The position numbers and the translations under genes were made by a program. A DNA stretch of 64,000 nucleotides from Dehalococcoidia bacterium (GTDB lineage Bacteria; Chloroflexota; Dehalococcoidia; UBA6926), in NCBI GenBank assembly GCA_963666115.2, contig CAXXET010000003.1, forward strand, positions 1-64,000, given 5' to 3'. Shown here piece after piece: positions 46,532-55,956 of the stretch. Each line of letters starts with the position of its first letter. The stretch's first letter is position 1. The notes under the pieces were generated by a model. The model was not told the DNA's origin. It searched no databases and saw only the letters and a program-made list of their open reading frames with translations.

Positions 46532-49250
46532 TTAGCCCCGCGCCTCATTCAAAAGCCGCCGCAAAACCGTGTGCAGTATCCCCCCGTTCCGGTAATAGTC
46601 CGCCTCCACCTGCGTGTCGATCCGCACCGTCGCTGCGAACGTCGTCTCTGACCCGTCCTCGCGACGCACCGTAACGTCGATATCCTGCCCCGGCTCGATA
46701 CCGTCATCAAGGCTGCCGATCGTCACCGTCTCCCGGCCCGTGATTCCGTGTGCCGCCGCGTTCTCACCCTCGTGGAACTGGAGCGGCAGCACGCCCATCC
46801 CCACTAGGTTGGAGCGGTGAATCCGCTCGAACGACTCCGCAATCGCCGCCCTCACGCCGAGTAGGTACGGTCCCTTCGCCGCCCAGTCGCGGCTTGAGCC
46901 GGAACCGTACTCCTTGCCGCCGAAGATGACCGTCGGCACGCCCTCCTGCTGGTAGCGCATAGCAGCATCGTAGATCGGCATCTGCTCGCCCTCGGGCAGC
47001 TTCAGCGTGAACCCGCCCTCCACGTCGTCCAGCATCTGGTTCTTGATGCGGATATTCGCGAACGTGCCGCGCATCAAAATCTCGTGGTTGCCGCGCCGTG
47101 ACCCATATGAATTGAAATCCGCCTGCAGCACGTCGCGCCCCTGCAAAAACTGCCCCGCCGGGCTCCGCGCCGCGATGTTTCCCGCCGGCGAAATATGGTC
47201 AGTCGTCACGGAATCACCGAGCACTGCCAGCACCCGCGCATCTTGAATCACAGGCAGCGCGGGAGGATCAAGCGGGAAATCCTTGAAGAACGGCGGCTCT
47301 TGCAAATACGTTGAGTCCAGTTCCCACTCATACAGCTCGCCGGCGGGCGCCTCAAGCTCCTTCCACTGCTCATCCCCGTCGAAGATCGCCCCGTACTGCT
47401 GCTCGAACATCTCCGGGTTGACGTTGTTGGAGATCGCCTGCTGAATATCCCGCTGCGACGGCCAGATGTCACGCAGGAACACGCCGCGCCCGTTCGGGTC
47501 CGTCCCCAGCGGCTCCGACGTGAAATCGATGTCCATCCGACCCGCCAGCGCGTACGCCACGACCAGCATCGGCGACGCCAGGTAATTCGCCTTGACGTGC
47601 GGATTCACCCTGCCCTCGAAGTTCCGGTTGCCGGACAGCACAGCCGCCGCCACCAAATCGCTGTCCTCAATCGCGTTCGCAATATCCTCCGGCAACGGCC
47701 CCGAGTTCCCGATGCACGTCGTGCATCCAAACCCAACGGCGTGGAATCGCTGCGCCTCCATGAACGGCACAAGCCCCGCCGCCTCAAGATAGTCCGTCAC
47801 AACCTTCGACCCCGGCGCCATCGACGTCTTCACCCACGGCTTGGTCGTAATCCCCGCCGTGGACCGCGTTCTTCGCCAGGATCCCCGCCCCGATCATCAC
47901 CGAGGGGTTGGACGTATTCGTGCAGGACGTGATCGCCGCGATGACCACCGAGCCGTGCTGAAGCTGAAACGCCTCTACGCCGTGCCCGACAACCGCAGTC
48001 TTCTCGGCCTCCTCCCCGCTCAACCCGAAACCGCGTTCTGCCGGCGGCAGCGTCAGGTGCTCCTGGAAACTCGACTTCACACTGCCAAGCTCCACCCTGT
48101 CCTGCGGGCGCTTCGGCCCCGCCAACGACGGCACCACTGTCCCCAAATCAAGCTCCAGCGTGTCGGAATAAACCGGACCCGGCGTATCGTCCGTCCTGAA
48201 CAGCCCCTGCGCCTTGGCATACTTCTCTACAAGCTCAATCAGTTCCGGGCTCCTGCCCGAAAGCCGCAGGTACGCCAGCGTCTCGTCGTCAATCGGGAAA
48301 TAGCCCATCGTCGCGCCGTACTCCGGCGACATATTCGCAATCGTCGCGCGGTCCGCCACCGGCAGCCCCGTCAGCCCTGACCCATAGAACTCAACGAAGT
48401 CCCCGACCACCCCGTGCGCCCGCAGCATCTCCGTCACCGTCAGCACCAGGTCCGTCGCCGTCGCCCCCTCCGGCAGGTGGCCGGACAGCTTGAATCCCAC
48501 CACGCGCGGCGCAAGCATGTAATACGGCTGATCCAGCATCACGGCCTCCGCCTCGATGCCCCCCACGCCCCAGCCCAGCACGCCAAGCCCGTTGATCATC
48601 GTCGTGTGCGAGTCCGTCCCCACCAACGAGTCCGGGAACGCCACGCGCTCCCCGTCCTCATCCTCCTTCGTCATCACAACGCTGCCCAGGTACTCGAGGT
48701 TCACCTGGTGGACGATGCCCGCCCCCGGCGGCACAACCCTAAAATTATCAATCGACCCCTGCGCCCACTTCAGCAGCTTGTACCGCTCCCCGTTCCGCTC
48801 ATACTCTTTCTGGACGTTCCCGCTCAGCGCATACGCCGTCCCAAAGAAATCAACCTGCACCGAGTGGTCGATCACCAAATCGACCGGCACCACCGGATTG
48901 ATGACGGACGGGTCTGCCCCCGCCCGCGCCATCGCGCTCCGCAGCGCCGCCAGGTCGACAACCGCCGGCACGCCCGTGAAATCCTGAAGGATCACACGCC
49001 CCAGCTTGAGCGGCACCGTGATCTCCCCCGGCTCCGCCTGCCACCCCGCAAGCGCGCGAACGTCCTCCTCCAAAACGTCATACCCGTTCACGTTCCGCAG
49101 CAGGCTCTCCAGCATCACCTTAATAGAGAACGGCAGCCGCGAAACCTCCCCGACCCCCTCCCGCTCCAGCGCATTAACATCGTAATACGCCACCGCCCCG
49201 GCCCCAGTCTCCAAAACCCGCCGCGCCCCAAAAACATCCTGCTTAGTCAT
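46532..49250 (-). pseudogene. acnA: aconitate hydratase A split by a +1 frameshift near 47861 (pseudogene or sequencing error)
   Basis: [24 protein letters not shown] in 47784..49250 and GCTTCIGNSG, GSGSSRDWAAKG in 46532..47833; removing one base restores [15 protein letters not shown]. Confidence 0.88.
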
Positions 49251-49318
49251 CGAAATTCATCCTGTCGTTACCCGCCCAAACCACCTTATCCACAGGGGCA
49301 AAGTGTAGCAGAATACCC

Positions 49319-49571
49319 GCGCCCCCCTTCCGTCATTCCGGCGAAAGCCGGAATCCATCGGGTTCCCCTCCCGTCATTCCCGCGCCCCCTCCGTCATTCC
49401 GGCGAAAGCCGGAATCCATCGGGTTCCCCTCCCGTCATTCGCGCGCCCCCTCCGTCATTCTGGCGTAGGCCAGAATCCACCCCGTGGCCCGAAGGGCCAC
49501 AACCCCCGTTCACCCTGAGCCTGTCGAAGGGTGGGCGCCCCTCATGTCATTCTGAGCGCAGCGAAGAATCC
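49319..49571 (+). repeat. REP-like cluster with about 61 bp tandem units plus all three repeat families
   Basis: CGTCATTCCGGCGAAAGCCGGAATCCATCGGGTTCCCCTCCCGTCATTC twice plus a variant, then CACCCTGAGCCTGTCGAAGGG and TGTCATTCTGAGCGCAGCGAAGAATCC. Confidence 0.9.
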
Positions 49572-50461
49572 TCCGCCTGCCCCCCGGAAAGGAAAGCCCT
49601 AAGCACGGGAATAACACGCTCAGGCGCTTCTTCGGCGATGAAGTGCCCACAGTCTTCGAATTCGTGCGCGGTGAAATCGGAAAGCTCGGACTTCCATCGC
49701 TCAAGCTCCTTCCGGCGAAATGCGATGTCCTTCATGCCCCACAGGATCAACGCCGGCTTGCCCGTAAACGCCGCCCGCTCGTCCCAAATCGACCGCATCC
49801 ACTCGGTCGCCCTGAGAATATGCCCCGGAAACGCCGCGCTTGCCGCCCGCGCTGAACTCGATGGTTGAGCGTTCCGATAGTGCGCCATCATCTCGGGCGT
49901 CATGGCCGCCTTGTTCCCAATCGCCATCGTCATCACCCGGTTCACGAAGAAGTTGAACCGCTTGATGAGAAACTGCCCCAGCGGGCTCCGCATCGTCGAG
50001 CTGAAGAAGATGTAGTACGGGTCGCGGGAGACGGGCCAGCACCACGTATTCGTAATGACGAGCTTGCCGACCCTTTCGGGTTGCCGCCGCGCGAAATCAA
50101 GGCCAATCGGGCCGCCCCAATCGACCATGAACAGTGTCGCGTCTTTAATATCGAGGCTCTCAAGGAGCTGGGTTAGGCGCTCAGCGTGGGCGCCGGGGAA
50201 GTAATCCTCGCGTCGGTCGCTGCGTGACGAGAGGCCGAATCCGATGTGGTCAGCCGCAATGCACCGGTACTCAGATCGCAATCCATCGATAAGGTGGCGA
50301 AACTCAAACGACCACGTGGGGTTGCCATGCACAAACACGATAGCCGGGCCCTGCCCTTCATCGACATAGTGCATCTCGTGGCCATCGGAAGTCGTGAAGA
50401 ATCGACTCGTAAATGGATAGAATTCGTCCGAAACCCAATCCGGTCGCCTGCTGTCCCCCAT
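49547..50461 (-). CDS. alpha/beta hydrolase, haloalkane dehalogenase-like
   Basis: MHYVDEG, HGNPTWSF, DHIGFGLS, DWGGPIG, GHFIAEE. Confidence 0.88.
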   Translation of the reverse strand: MGDSRRPDWVSDEFYPFTSRFFTTSDGHEMHYVDEGQGPAIVFVHGNPTWSFEFRHLIDGLRSEYRCIAADHIGFGLSSRSDRREDYFPGAHAERLTQLLESLDIKDATLFMVDWGGPIGLDFARRQPERVGKLVITNTWCWPVSRDPYYIFFSSTMRSPLGQFLIKRFNFFVNRVMTMAIGNKAAMTPEMMAHYRNAQPSSSARAASAAFPGHILRATEWMRSIWDERAAFTGKPALILWGMKDIAFRRKELERWKSELSDFTAHEFEDCGHFIAEEAPERVIPVLRAFLSGGQAEDSSLRSE

Positions 50462-50485
50462 ACGCCCCCATCTCCCCTTAATACC

Positions 50486-51526
50486 CTAATACCCTCGCCC
50501 ATGATCATACACATTCACCATCTCCCGCCCCCCCAAATACCGCCCCAGGTTCTCCAAAAACACCTCCACCACACGCTCATCCCGGTCCGACGACCCCGCC
50601 CCGGAGTGCCCGGTAATCAGCACGTTCTCCATATCCCACAGCGGGCTCGAATCCGCCAGCGGCTCAGTAGCAAACACGTCCAAATAAGCCCCCCCGACTC
50701 GCCCCGACTCCAACGCCGCAATCAGCGCCCCCTCATCCACAAGGTCGCCGCGCGCCACGTTGATGAACCGCGCCCCCTCCTTCATCGCCGGAAATTCCGA
50801 CGCGCCAATCATCCCCACCGTCTCCCGTGTCCGAGGAGCGCACAAAACGACGTAATCGCTAGCCGAAAGCGCCCCGGCCAGCCCATCCCGCCCAACAATC
50901 TGCTCGAACGGCCCCCCGTCCGACCCACCTCCTGGCCGCGTCCGCCGCACGCCAATAACCCGCATCCCCATCGCCCGGCACCGTTCCGCGATCGCCGTCC
51001 CAATCTTCCCCGCCCCAACGATTGTGACGACCTTCCCCCCAACATCCTCGGGCGTATACCGATGCCACTCATGCCGACCCTGCCGCCGAACCGCCTGCGG
51101 AAACCCCTTAGCCAGCGCGATGATTGCCCCGATCACCGTCTCGCTCAAAGGCCGGGCATGAACCCCGGACGACGACGTAATCACCACCCCCGCATCCAAA
51201 AGCCCCGGCGCGCGTTCCACATAATCAATCCCCGCCGCCTGAGAATGAATCCACCGCAGCCTCGGCATAGACTCCGGCACATCAGGCGGCAGCCGCAGCG
51301 TCAAAAGAACCTCAGCCTCCCCAACCACCGGCAGCAACTCCTCAGGAAACGGCGGCCACAGTTGAGTTGGCGCAGCCAACGCCGAAACCTCCCCGTTCAA
51401 CAGCCTCACACGCGGGTCCGCCCCGGCAATCCGCCCCAAAAGCCCATCCCCCAAAGCCCACCCCACCAAAACAGCGACCTCACCACTCAGGACTGCGGCC
51501 TCATCACCACGTTCAACATTTGCCAT
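50486..51526 (-). CDS. D-2-hydroxyacid dehydrogenase family
   Basis: GAGKIG, FINVARG, LDVF..EPL, ITGH. Confidence 0.88.
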   Translation of the reverse strand: MANVERGDEAAVLSGEVAVLVGWALGDGLLGRIAGADPRVRLLNGEVSALAAPTQLWPPFPEELLPVVGEAEVLLTLRLPPDVPESMPRLRWIHSQAAGIDYVERAPGLLDAGVVITSSSGVHARPLSETVIGAIIALAKGFPQAVRRQGRHEWHRYTPEDVGGKVVTIVGAGKIGTAIAERCRAMGMRVIGVRRTRPGGGSDGGPFEQIVGRDGLAGALSASDYVVLCAPRTRETVGMIGASEFPAMKEGARFINVARGDLVDEGALIAALESGRVGGAYLDVFATEPLADSSPLWDMENVLITGHSGAGSSDRDERVVEVFLENLGRYLGGREMVNVYDHGRGY

Positions 51527-51540
51527 ACGTCATCCTACCC

Positions 51541-51566
51541 CCGCTCACCCTGAGCCTGTCGAAGGG
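51541..51566 (+). repeat. REP-like element CCGCTCACCCTGAGCCTGTCGAAGGG
   Basis: Exact family copy. Confidence 0.85.
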
Positions 51567-51660
51567 CGCCCCCACCCTCCACACCCGCAGTGGCAACCAC
51601 AAAAGATGACGCTAAACCGCCGCCGCGCTATCATAGTGCTAGCGCCACAAGGAGTTCGTC

Positions 51661-51942
51661 ATGGCATCTGTCCACATACGTCGGTTGAATGATGAGGTCG
51701 TTGCCCGTCTGAAGCGTCAGGCGGCGATAAATAATCGCTCGCTCGAGGGCGAGATGCGCCACATCCTTGAGCAGGCGGTCGGCGGCGCCGAAGATAGAGC
51801 CGAGAAAACTAGGCGCTTCCTTGAGTCGATTCGGAAGTTAGACGCCGAGATCGACTGGGACAGCCTCCCGCCCCAGACCCCGTCAGAAGTCCTCATCAGA
51901 GAGGCGAGGGACGCCGGCTACGGACCGTCTAGATGCGTCTAG
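51661..51942 (+). CDS. FitA-like ribbon-helix-helix antitoxin
   Basis: MASVHIRRLNDEV..RLK.QA..NNRSLEGE.R.IL. Confidence 0.85.
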   Translation: MASVHIRRLNDEVVARLKRQAAINNRSLEGEMRHILEQAVGGAEDRAEKTRRFLESIRKLDAEIDWDSLPPQTPSEVLIREARDAGYGPSRCV

Positions 51943-52358
51943 TAATCGACGCAAGCGTTTCCGTTAAGTGGTTAGTGCCGGAGGAGGACTCGGCCATCGC
52001 CCGCAATCTACTGGGCGACGGGCACGAAATGCTCGCGCCAAGCTTCATGGCCCTTGAAGCAGGAAACACCCTGTTGCAGAAGGTGCGCCGGGGCGTATTC
52101 GATCAGAGTCAGGCATTCAGGCGATCCCAGGAGATATTCTCTTTGCCTATTGAGTGGAAAGACACTGCGGCGTTGACTCCGGAGGCCATCCGTTTGGCAT
52201 TGGAACTGAATCACCCCGTGTATGACTGTATCTACCTGGCTCTGGCGCGCCAAGCAGACGCGGTCGTCGTCACAGCAGACTCCCGGTTCGTCAACGTCAC
52301 CACGAGGACACCCTATGAGGGAACCGTAATCCCACTAAATCGCCTCGCCACCACATAA
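51933..52358 (+). CDS. vapC: VapC family PIN-domain toxin
   Basis: LVIDASVSVKW, VYDCIYLALA, VTAD.RF. Confidence 0.88.
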   Translation: MRLVIDASVSVKWLVPEEDSAIARNLLGDGHEMLAPSFMALEAGNTLLQKVRRGVFDQSQAFRRSQEIFSLPIEWKDTAALTPEAIRLALELNHPVYDCIYLALARQADAVVVTADSRFVNVTTRTPYEGTVIPLNRLATT

Positions 52359-52494
52359 AGCTCAGCCCCCCATCAACGTCAACCCCCGCCCCCATCCTAC
52401 CCAATCCCTCCTCCCATTCCGAATCCCCGTCCACCTCCGAATCCCCCGCGCAGGCGGGGCCCCCACACCCCCCATCGCGCCCCCACCGTACGCC

Positions 52495-53451
52495 CTACAA
52501 AACCCATTGCGAGATAATCAGGAATGCAAGTGGAACGACGACAAAGCCCGTGACAAGCGCGCCTATAAACGGCACGGCATTTGATGTGCGGTCATTGAGG
52601 TCAGAGGGATCGTTTCGGTTCGGCCCAAGTGGAGTGGCATTCCGAAACGTCAGCCCATGGACCAACCACAGAATGAGAAGCAGGAATAGGTACAATAGGA
52701 TGACAAATACAACTTCTACGAGAGTTAGGCCTTCCAGCCTCTCGATCGTAAATATGTGGCCGATGTAAGAGAGCAGCAATAGCGCCCACAGGGCGTAGTA
52801 CATCGACCAAAGGGCGCGGGCCGTCGAATAGGCCATCTGGCTCGGATCATGCGTCGCGAAACCCACAGTGCGCCGGAGAAGGCGATATGGCAGGAAACCG
52901 GCGGAGATCAATACGAGCAGGACGAGCATGAAGATCGATAGCCCGAATCCGCTGTAGAACAGCAAGTTTTGTCGCACGTGAACCGCAACATCCAGCGTAG
53001 GAGTGCTTACGGGCCTTACAGGCTTCCTTGTCAGCGCAAGGAATCGCTCATCTACTACATCCGGATCGAACTCCAAGGGCACCTTCTTTTCGAGCTGCGC
53101 TTGGACAAGTCCATCACGTGTAGCGCGTGCATCAATGATAAGTTCGAACACGTTTGGAGACACTTCATCAAAGCTCCACCCTCGTTCACGAACGGTGTCC
53201 TCTGGATAAGTCCTCACCCAAGCCGACACCAGATCGTCGTCTCTCGGCGCACTAGTGTCGGTCGCTCCACACTCAATTGTGAATCGGTCTCCCGAAGCGG
53301 CCGTGTACGCGTCAGGACAAGAGAGCGATAGACTCCCGTCTTCCACGGTTCGCAGGCCTGACGGCCCATCACCCCACGGCCTAAACGTAAGGCCTATTGC
53401 CGTTGACAGCAGCAGAACCACAGCGAGAATCGTCCAGCGATTGAGCAGCAT
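52495..53451 (-). CDS. hypothetical membrane protein
   Basis: N-terminal signal/TM plus about four C-terminal TM helices; atypical base composition. Confidence 0.65.
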   Translation of the reverse strand: MLLNRWTILAVVLLLSTAIGLTFRPWGDGPSGLRTVEDGSLSLSCPDAYTAASGDRFTIECGATDTSAPRDDDLVSAWVRTYPEDTVRERGWSFDEVSPNVFELIIDARATRDGLVQAQLEKKVPLEFDPDVVDERFLALTRKPVRPVSTPTLDVAVHVRQNLLFYSGFGLSIFMLVLLVLISAGFLPYRLLRRTVGFATHDPSQMAYSTARALWSMYYALWALLLLSYIGHIFTIERLEGLTLVEVVFVILLYLFLLLILWLVHGLTFRNATPLGPNRNDPSDLNDRTSNAVPFIGALVTGFVVVPLAFLIISQWVL

Positions 53452-53465
53452 AGGCACAGTATACA

Positions 53466-53541
53466 GCCCCCCCTCCGTCACTCCCGCCCCCTCCGTCATT
53501 CCCCCACTCCCCTCCCGTCATTCTGGCGAAGGCCAGAATCC
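53466..53541 (+). repeat. REP-like cluster
   Basis: Repeated CCCTCCGTCA(C/T)TCC units ending CGTCATTCTGGCGAAGGCCAGAATCC. Confidence 0.8.
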
Positions 53542-53639
53542 ATCGGGAATCCCTCTCCCTTTGAAACGCTTTCCCGTATGCGATATGCTTATGGACGCCA
53601 TAAGCAAACTAGATACGCTGAATCGGAAATCCTGCACCA

Positions 53640-53888
53640 ATGCAAGAAACGACCACAGAAACCCACCCCACCCCCCACTTCGCCGCCCAATGGGACGCCG
53701 GCCAAACAGGCTGCGGCGAAGTCCTCATCCAACTCCGCCTCCGGTTCCGCCCCCTCCAGACCGGCCAGCTCTTCCGCCTCATCTCCCATGACATCGCCGC
53801 CCCCCTGGAAATCCCAGCCTGGTGCCGCGTCACGGGGCGGCGTCTGGTGCATGGAGAGCACCCCGAATACTGGATCGAACAGAAGTGA
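53640..53888 (+). CDS. TusA/SirA family sulfur carrier
   Basis: WDAGQTGCGE...L..GQ.FRLIS.D..AP.EIPAWCR.TG. Confidence 0.82.
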   Translation: MQETTTETHPTPHFAAQWDAGQTGCGEVLIQLRLRFRPLQTGQLFRLISHDIAAPLEIPAWCRVTGRRLVHGEHPEYWIEQK

Positions 53889-53976
53889 CACTGACCCCTT
53901 TACTCTGAGCTTATCGAAAGGTCACCCTGAGCTTGTCGAAGGGCAAATGGGAAAAACGCATGGAGGTAGTTTAAAA

Positions 53977-54339
53977 ATGTCGAACAAAGTCTGCATAAGC
54001 CTCACCCACGCCGGTGACGATCCCGACCGCACAACCGTCGCCTTCGTCCTCGCCAACGCCGCCCTCGGCTCCGAAAAGGACACCGTCGTCTTCCTCAGCA
54101 CGGAGGGCGTCCGCGTCTCCCAGCAAGGCTACGCCGACGACATCAACGAAGAGGGATTCGCTCCCCTCGCCCAGCTCATGGCCAACTTCGCCGAGGGCGG
54201 CGGACGCATCCTCGTCTGCGCCCCCTGCTTCAACAAGCGCGGCCTCGACCTCGAAAACCTCGTGGACGGCGCAATCGTCGTCGGCGGCGCAACCCTCATC
54301 GAGTTCATCTCCGAAGGCGCCCCTGTCATCTCCTACTAG
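53977..54339 (+). CDS. DsrE family protein
   Basis: RTTVAFVLANAAL..VFLSTEGV..ILVCAPCF.KRG..GGATL. Confidence 0.85.
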   Translation: MSNKVCISLTHAGDDPDRTTVAFVLANAALGSEKDTVVFLSTEGVRVSQQGYADDINEEGFAPLAQLMANFAEGGGRILVCAPCFNKRGLDLENLVDGAIVVGGATLIEFISEGAPVISY

Positions 54340-54369
54340 ACACAGCCGCCCCCTGCGCGTAAGGATTCG

Positions 54370-55956
54370 ATGACGATCATGGACGCGACGACACAGCACG
54401 CCCACACCCCGGACACCACGCTCGATGGCGGCAGCCTCGACTGCGGCGGCGGCCTCCTGTTGCTCATCCGCCGCGCCATCGACCCCCTCCCCCCCGGCGC
54501 CCTCCTCGAAATCCTCTCCACCGAGCCCACAGTAGAAGTCGAACTCCCAGCCTGGAGCCGCATGACAGGCAACCAACTAATCTCCTGGACAAAGACAAAC
54601 AACCAACGCAGCTTCCTCGTAAGCAAAGGCCCCCTCCGTCACCCCGCCCCCTTCCGTCATTCCGGCGAAGGCCGGAATCCATCCGGAACCCCCTCCGTCA
54701 CCCCGCCCCCCTCCGTCACTCCGCCCCCCTCCGTCATTCCGGCGAAGGCCGGAATCCATCCGGACTCCCCCGCTCACCCTGAGCCTGTCGAAGGGCGCCC
54801 CCTCCCCTCCCTCGCCGTCATGGGCATCGGAAGCTGGCCCCGCCCCCCCTGGATGCTCCGCGCCATCCATGACCACGTCGAAAACCGCATGACCAACGAA
54901 GAGTTCACCGAAACCGCCAACGATGCCGTCCGCCTAGCCATCCAGTCCCAGCGCCGCGCAGGCGTCGAAGTCCTCACCGACGGCGAACAGCGCCGCGACA
55001 ACTACGTCAGCTTCGTCGGCGGCCTCCTGGACAACTCCCAGCTCATCCCCCTCACAGACCTCGCCGCCATGGTCGACGATTCCGAAGAGTTCGAGCGTGA
55101 GCTTGCCGCCCTTGACGTCCCCGCCTCCAGCGTCCGCCACCCCGTCGTCTATGGCCGCCTCCGGCGCGCCGCCCCCCTCGCCGTGCATGAGCTAGAATTT
55201 GCCAGGCAGGTTGCCGACGGCCTGCCCGTCAAGATCGCCCTGCCCGGCCCCTATCTCCTCACCCGCACCATGTGGCTGGACTGCCTCCGCGAAAGCCCCT
55301 ACACCACCCGCGAACAACTCGCCGAAGACGTCGTCCGTGTCCTCCGCGAAGAGACAAAGCATCTCCTCGCCGCCGGCGCCTCCATCGTCCAGTTTGATGA
55401 GCCTGTCCTGACCGAGGTCGTCCACGGCTCCGCCCGCGCCCGCCGCAGCTTCATGTGCGGCGCCCTCAGCGAGCGCTACGACACCAAAACCGAACTCGCT
55501 TTCGCCCGCGAACTCCTCGACGAGGCAACGCGCGGCCTCCCACGCGAACGACTCGCCATGCACGTCTGCCGCGGCAACTGGACCGCCGACGAATCAGCCG
55601 CCCTCACCGGCGACTACGCCCCCCTCATCGACCTCCTGTCCGCCGTCGATGTCGGCACGCTGTTCCTCGAACTGAGCACCGAGCGCGCCGGCGAGATCGA
55701 CGTTCTCGCCAACCTCCCCGATGACAAGCGCATCGGCGTCGGCATCGTCAACCCCAAGTCCCCCCAGGTCGAAGACCCCGACCTGCTGGACGCCCGCATC
55801 CGCCGCGCCATCAACACCTTCGGCGCAGACCGCGTCCTCCTAACCCCGGACTGCGGCTTCGCCACCTTCGCAGACAACCCCGTCGCCTCCGCCCAAATCG
55901 CCGAAGCCAAACTCCACGCCATCACCCAATCCCGCAACCGCGTAACCCCCGCATGA
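54370..55956 (+). CDS. TusA-like domain fused to cobalamin-independent methionine synthase (MetE C-terminal)-like zinc enzyme
   Basis: LDGGSLDCGGGLL..ELPAWSRMTG; IGSWPRP, TDGEQRRD, QFDEP, HVCRGN, PDCGF. Confidence 0.85.
   Translation: MTIMDATTQHAHTPDTTLDGGSLDCGGGLLLLIRRAIDPLPPGALLEILSTEPTVEVELPAWSRMTGNQLISWTKTNNQRSFLVSKGPLRHPAPFRHSGEGRNPSGTPSVTPPPSVTPPPSVIPAKAGIHPDSPAHPEPVEGRPLPSLAVMGIGSWPRPPWMLRAIHDHVENRMTNEEFTETANDAVRLAIQSQRRAGVEVLTDGEQRRDNYVSFVGGLLDNSQLIPLTDLAAMVDDSEEFERELAALDVPASSVRHPVVYGRLRRAAPLAVHELEFARQVADGLPVKIALPGPYLLTRTMWLDCLRESPYTTREQLAEDVVRVLREETKHLLAAGASIVQFDEPVLTEVVHGSARARRSFMCGALSERYDTKTELAFARELLDEATRGLPRERLAMHVCRGNWTADESAALTGDYAPLIDLLSAVDVGTLFLELSTERAGEIDVLANLPDDKRIGVGIVNPKSPQVEDPDLLDARIRRAINTFGADRVLLTPDCGFATFADNPVASAQIAEAKLHAITQSRNRVTPA
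54631..54796 (+). repeat. REP-like cluster in frame as interdomain linker of the TusA-MetE-like gene
   Basis: Two CGTCATTCCGGCGAAGGCCGGAATCC plus CACCCTGAGCCTGTCGAAGGG, read as RHSGEGRNP, VIPAKAGIH, HPEPVEG. Confidence 0.85.

Noticed and set aside
47784-47870. Programmed ribosomal frameshift in acnA
   Set aside because: No slippery sequence is visible; a simple one-base insertion explains it.
49319-49480. About 61 bp periodic repeats with hairpins
   Set aside because: The intervening sequence is repeated too, so this is a tandem duplication of REP-like units rather than repeat-spacer structure.
52370-52402. CATCCTACCC shared with 51531 as another displaced promoter copy flanking the FitA-VapC pair
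   Set aside because: The match is about 10 bp in C-rich DNA, too weak to support.
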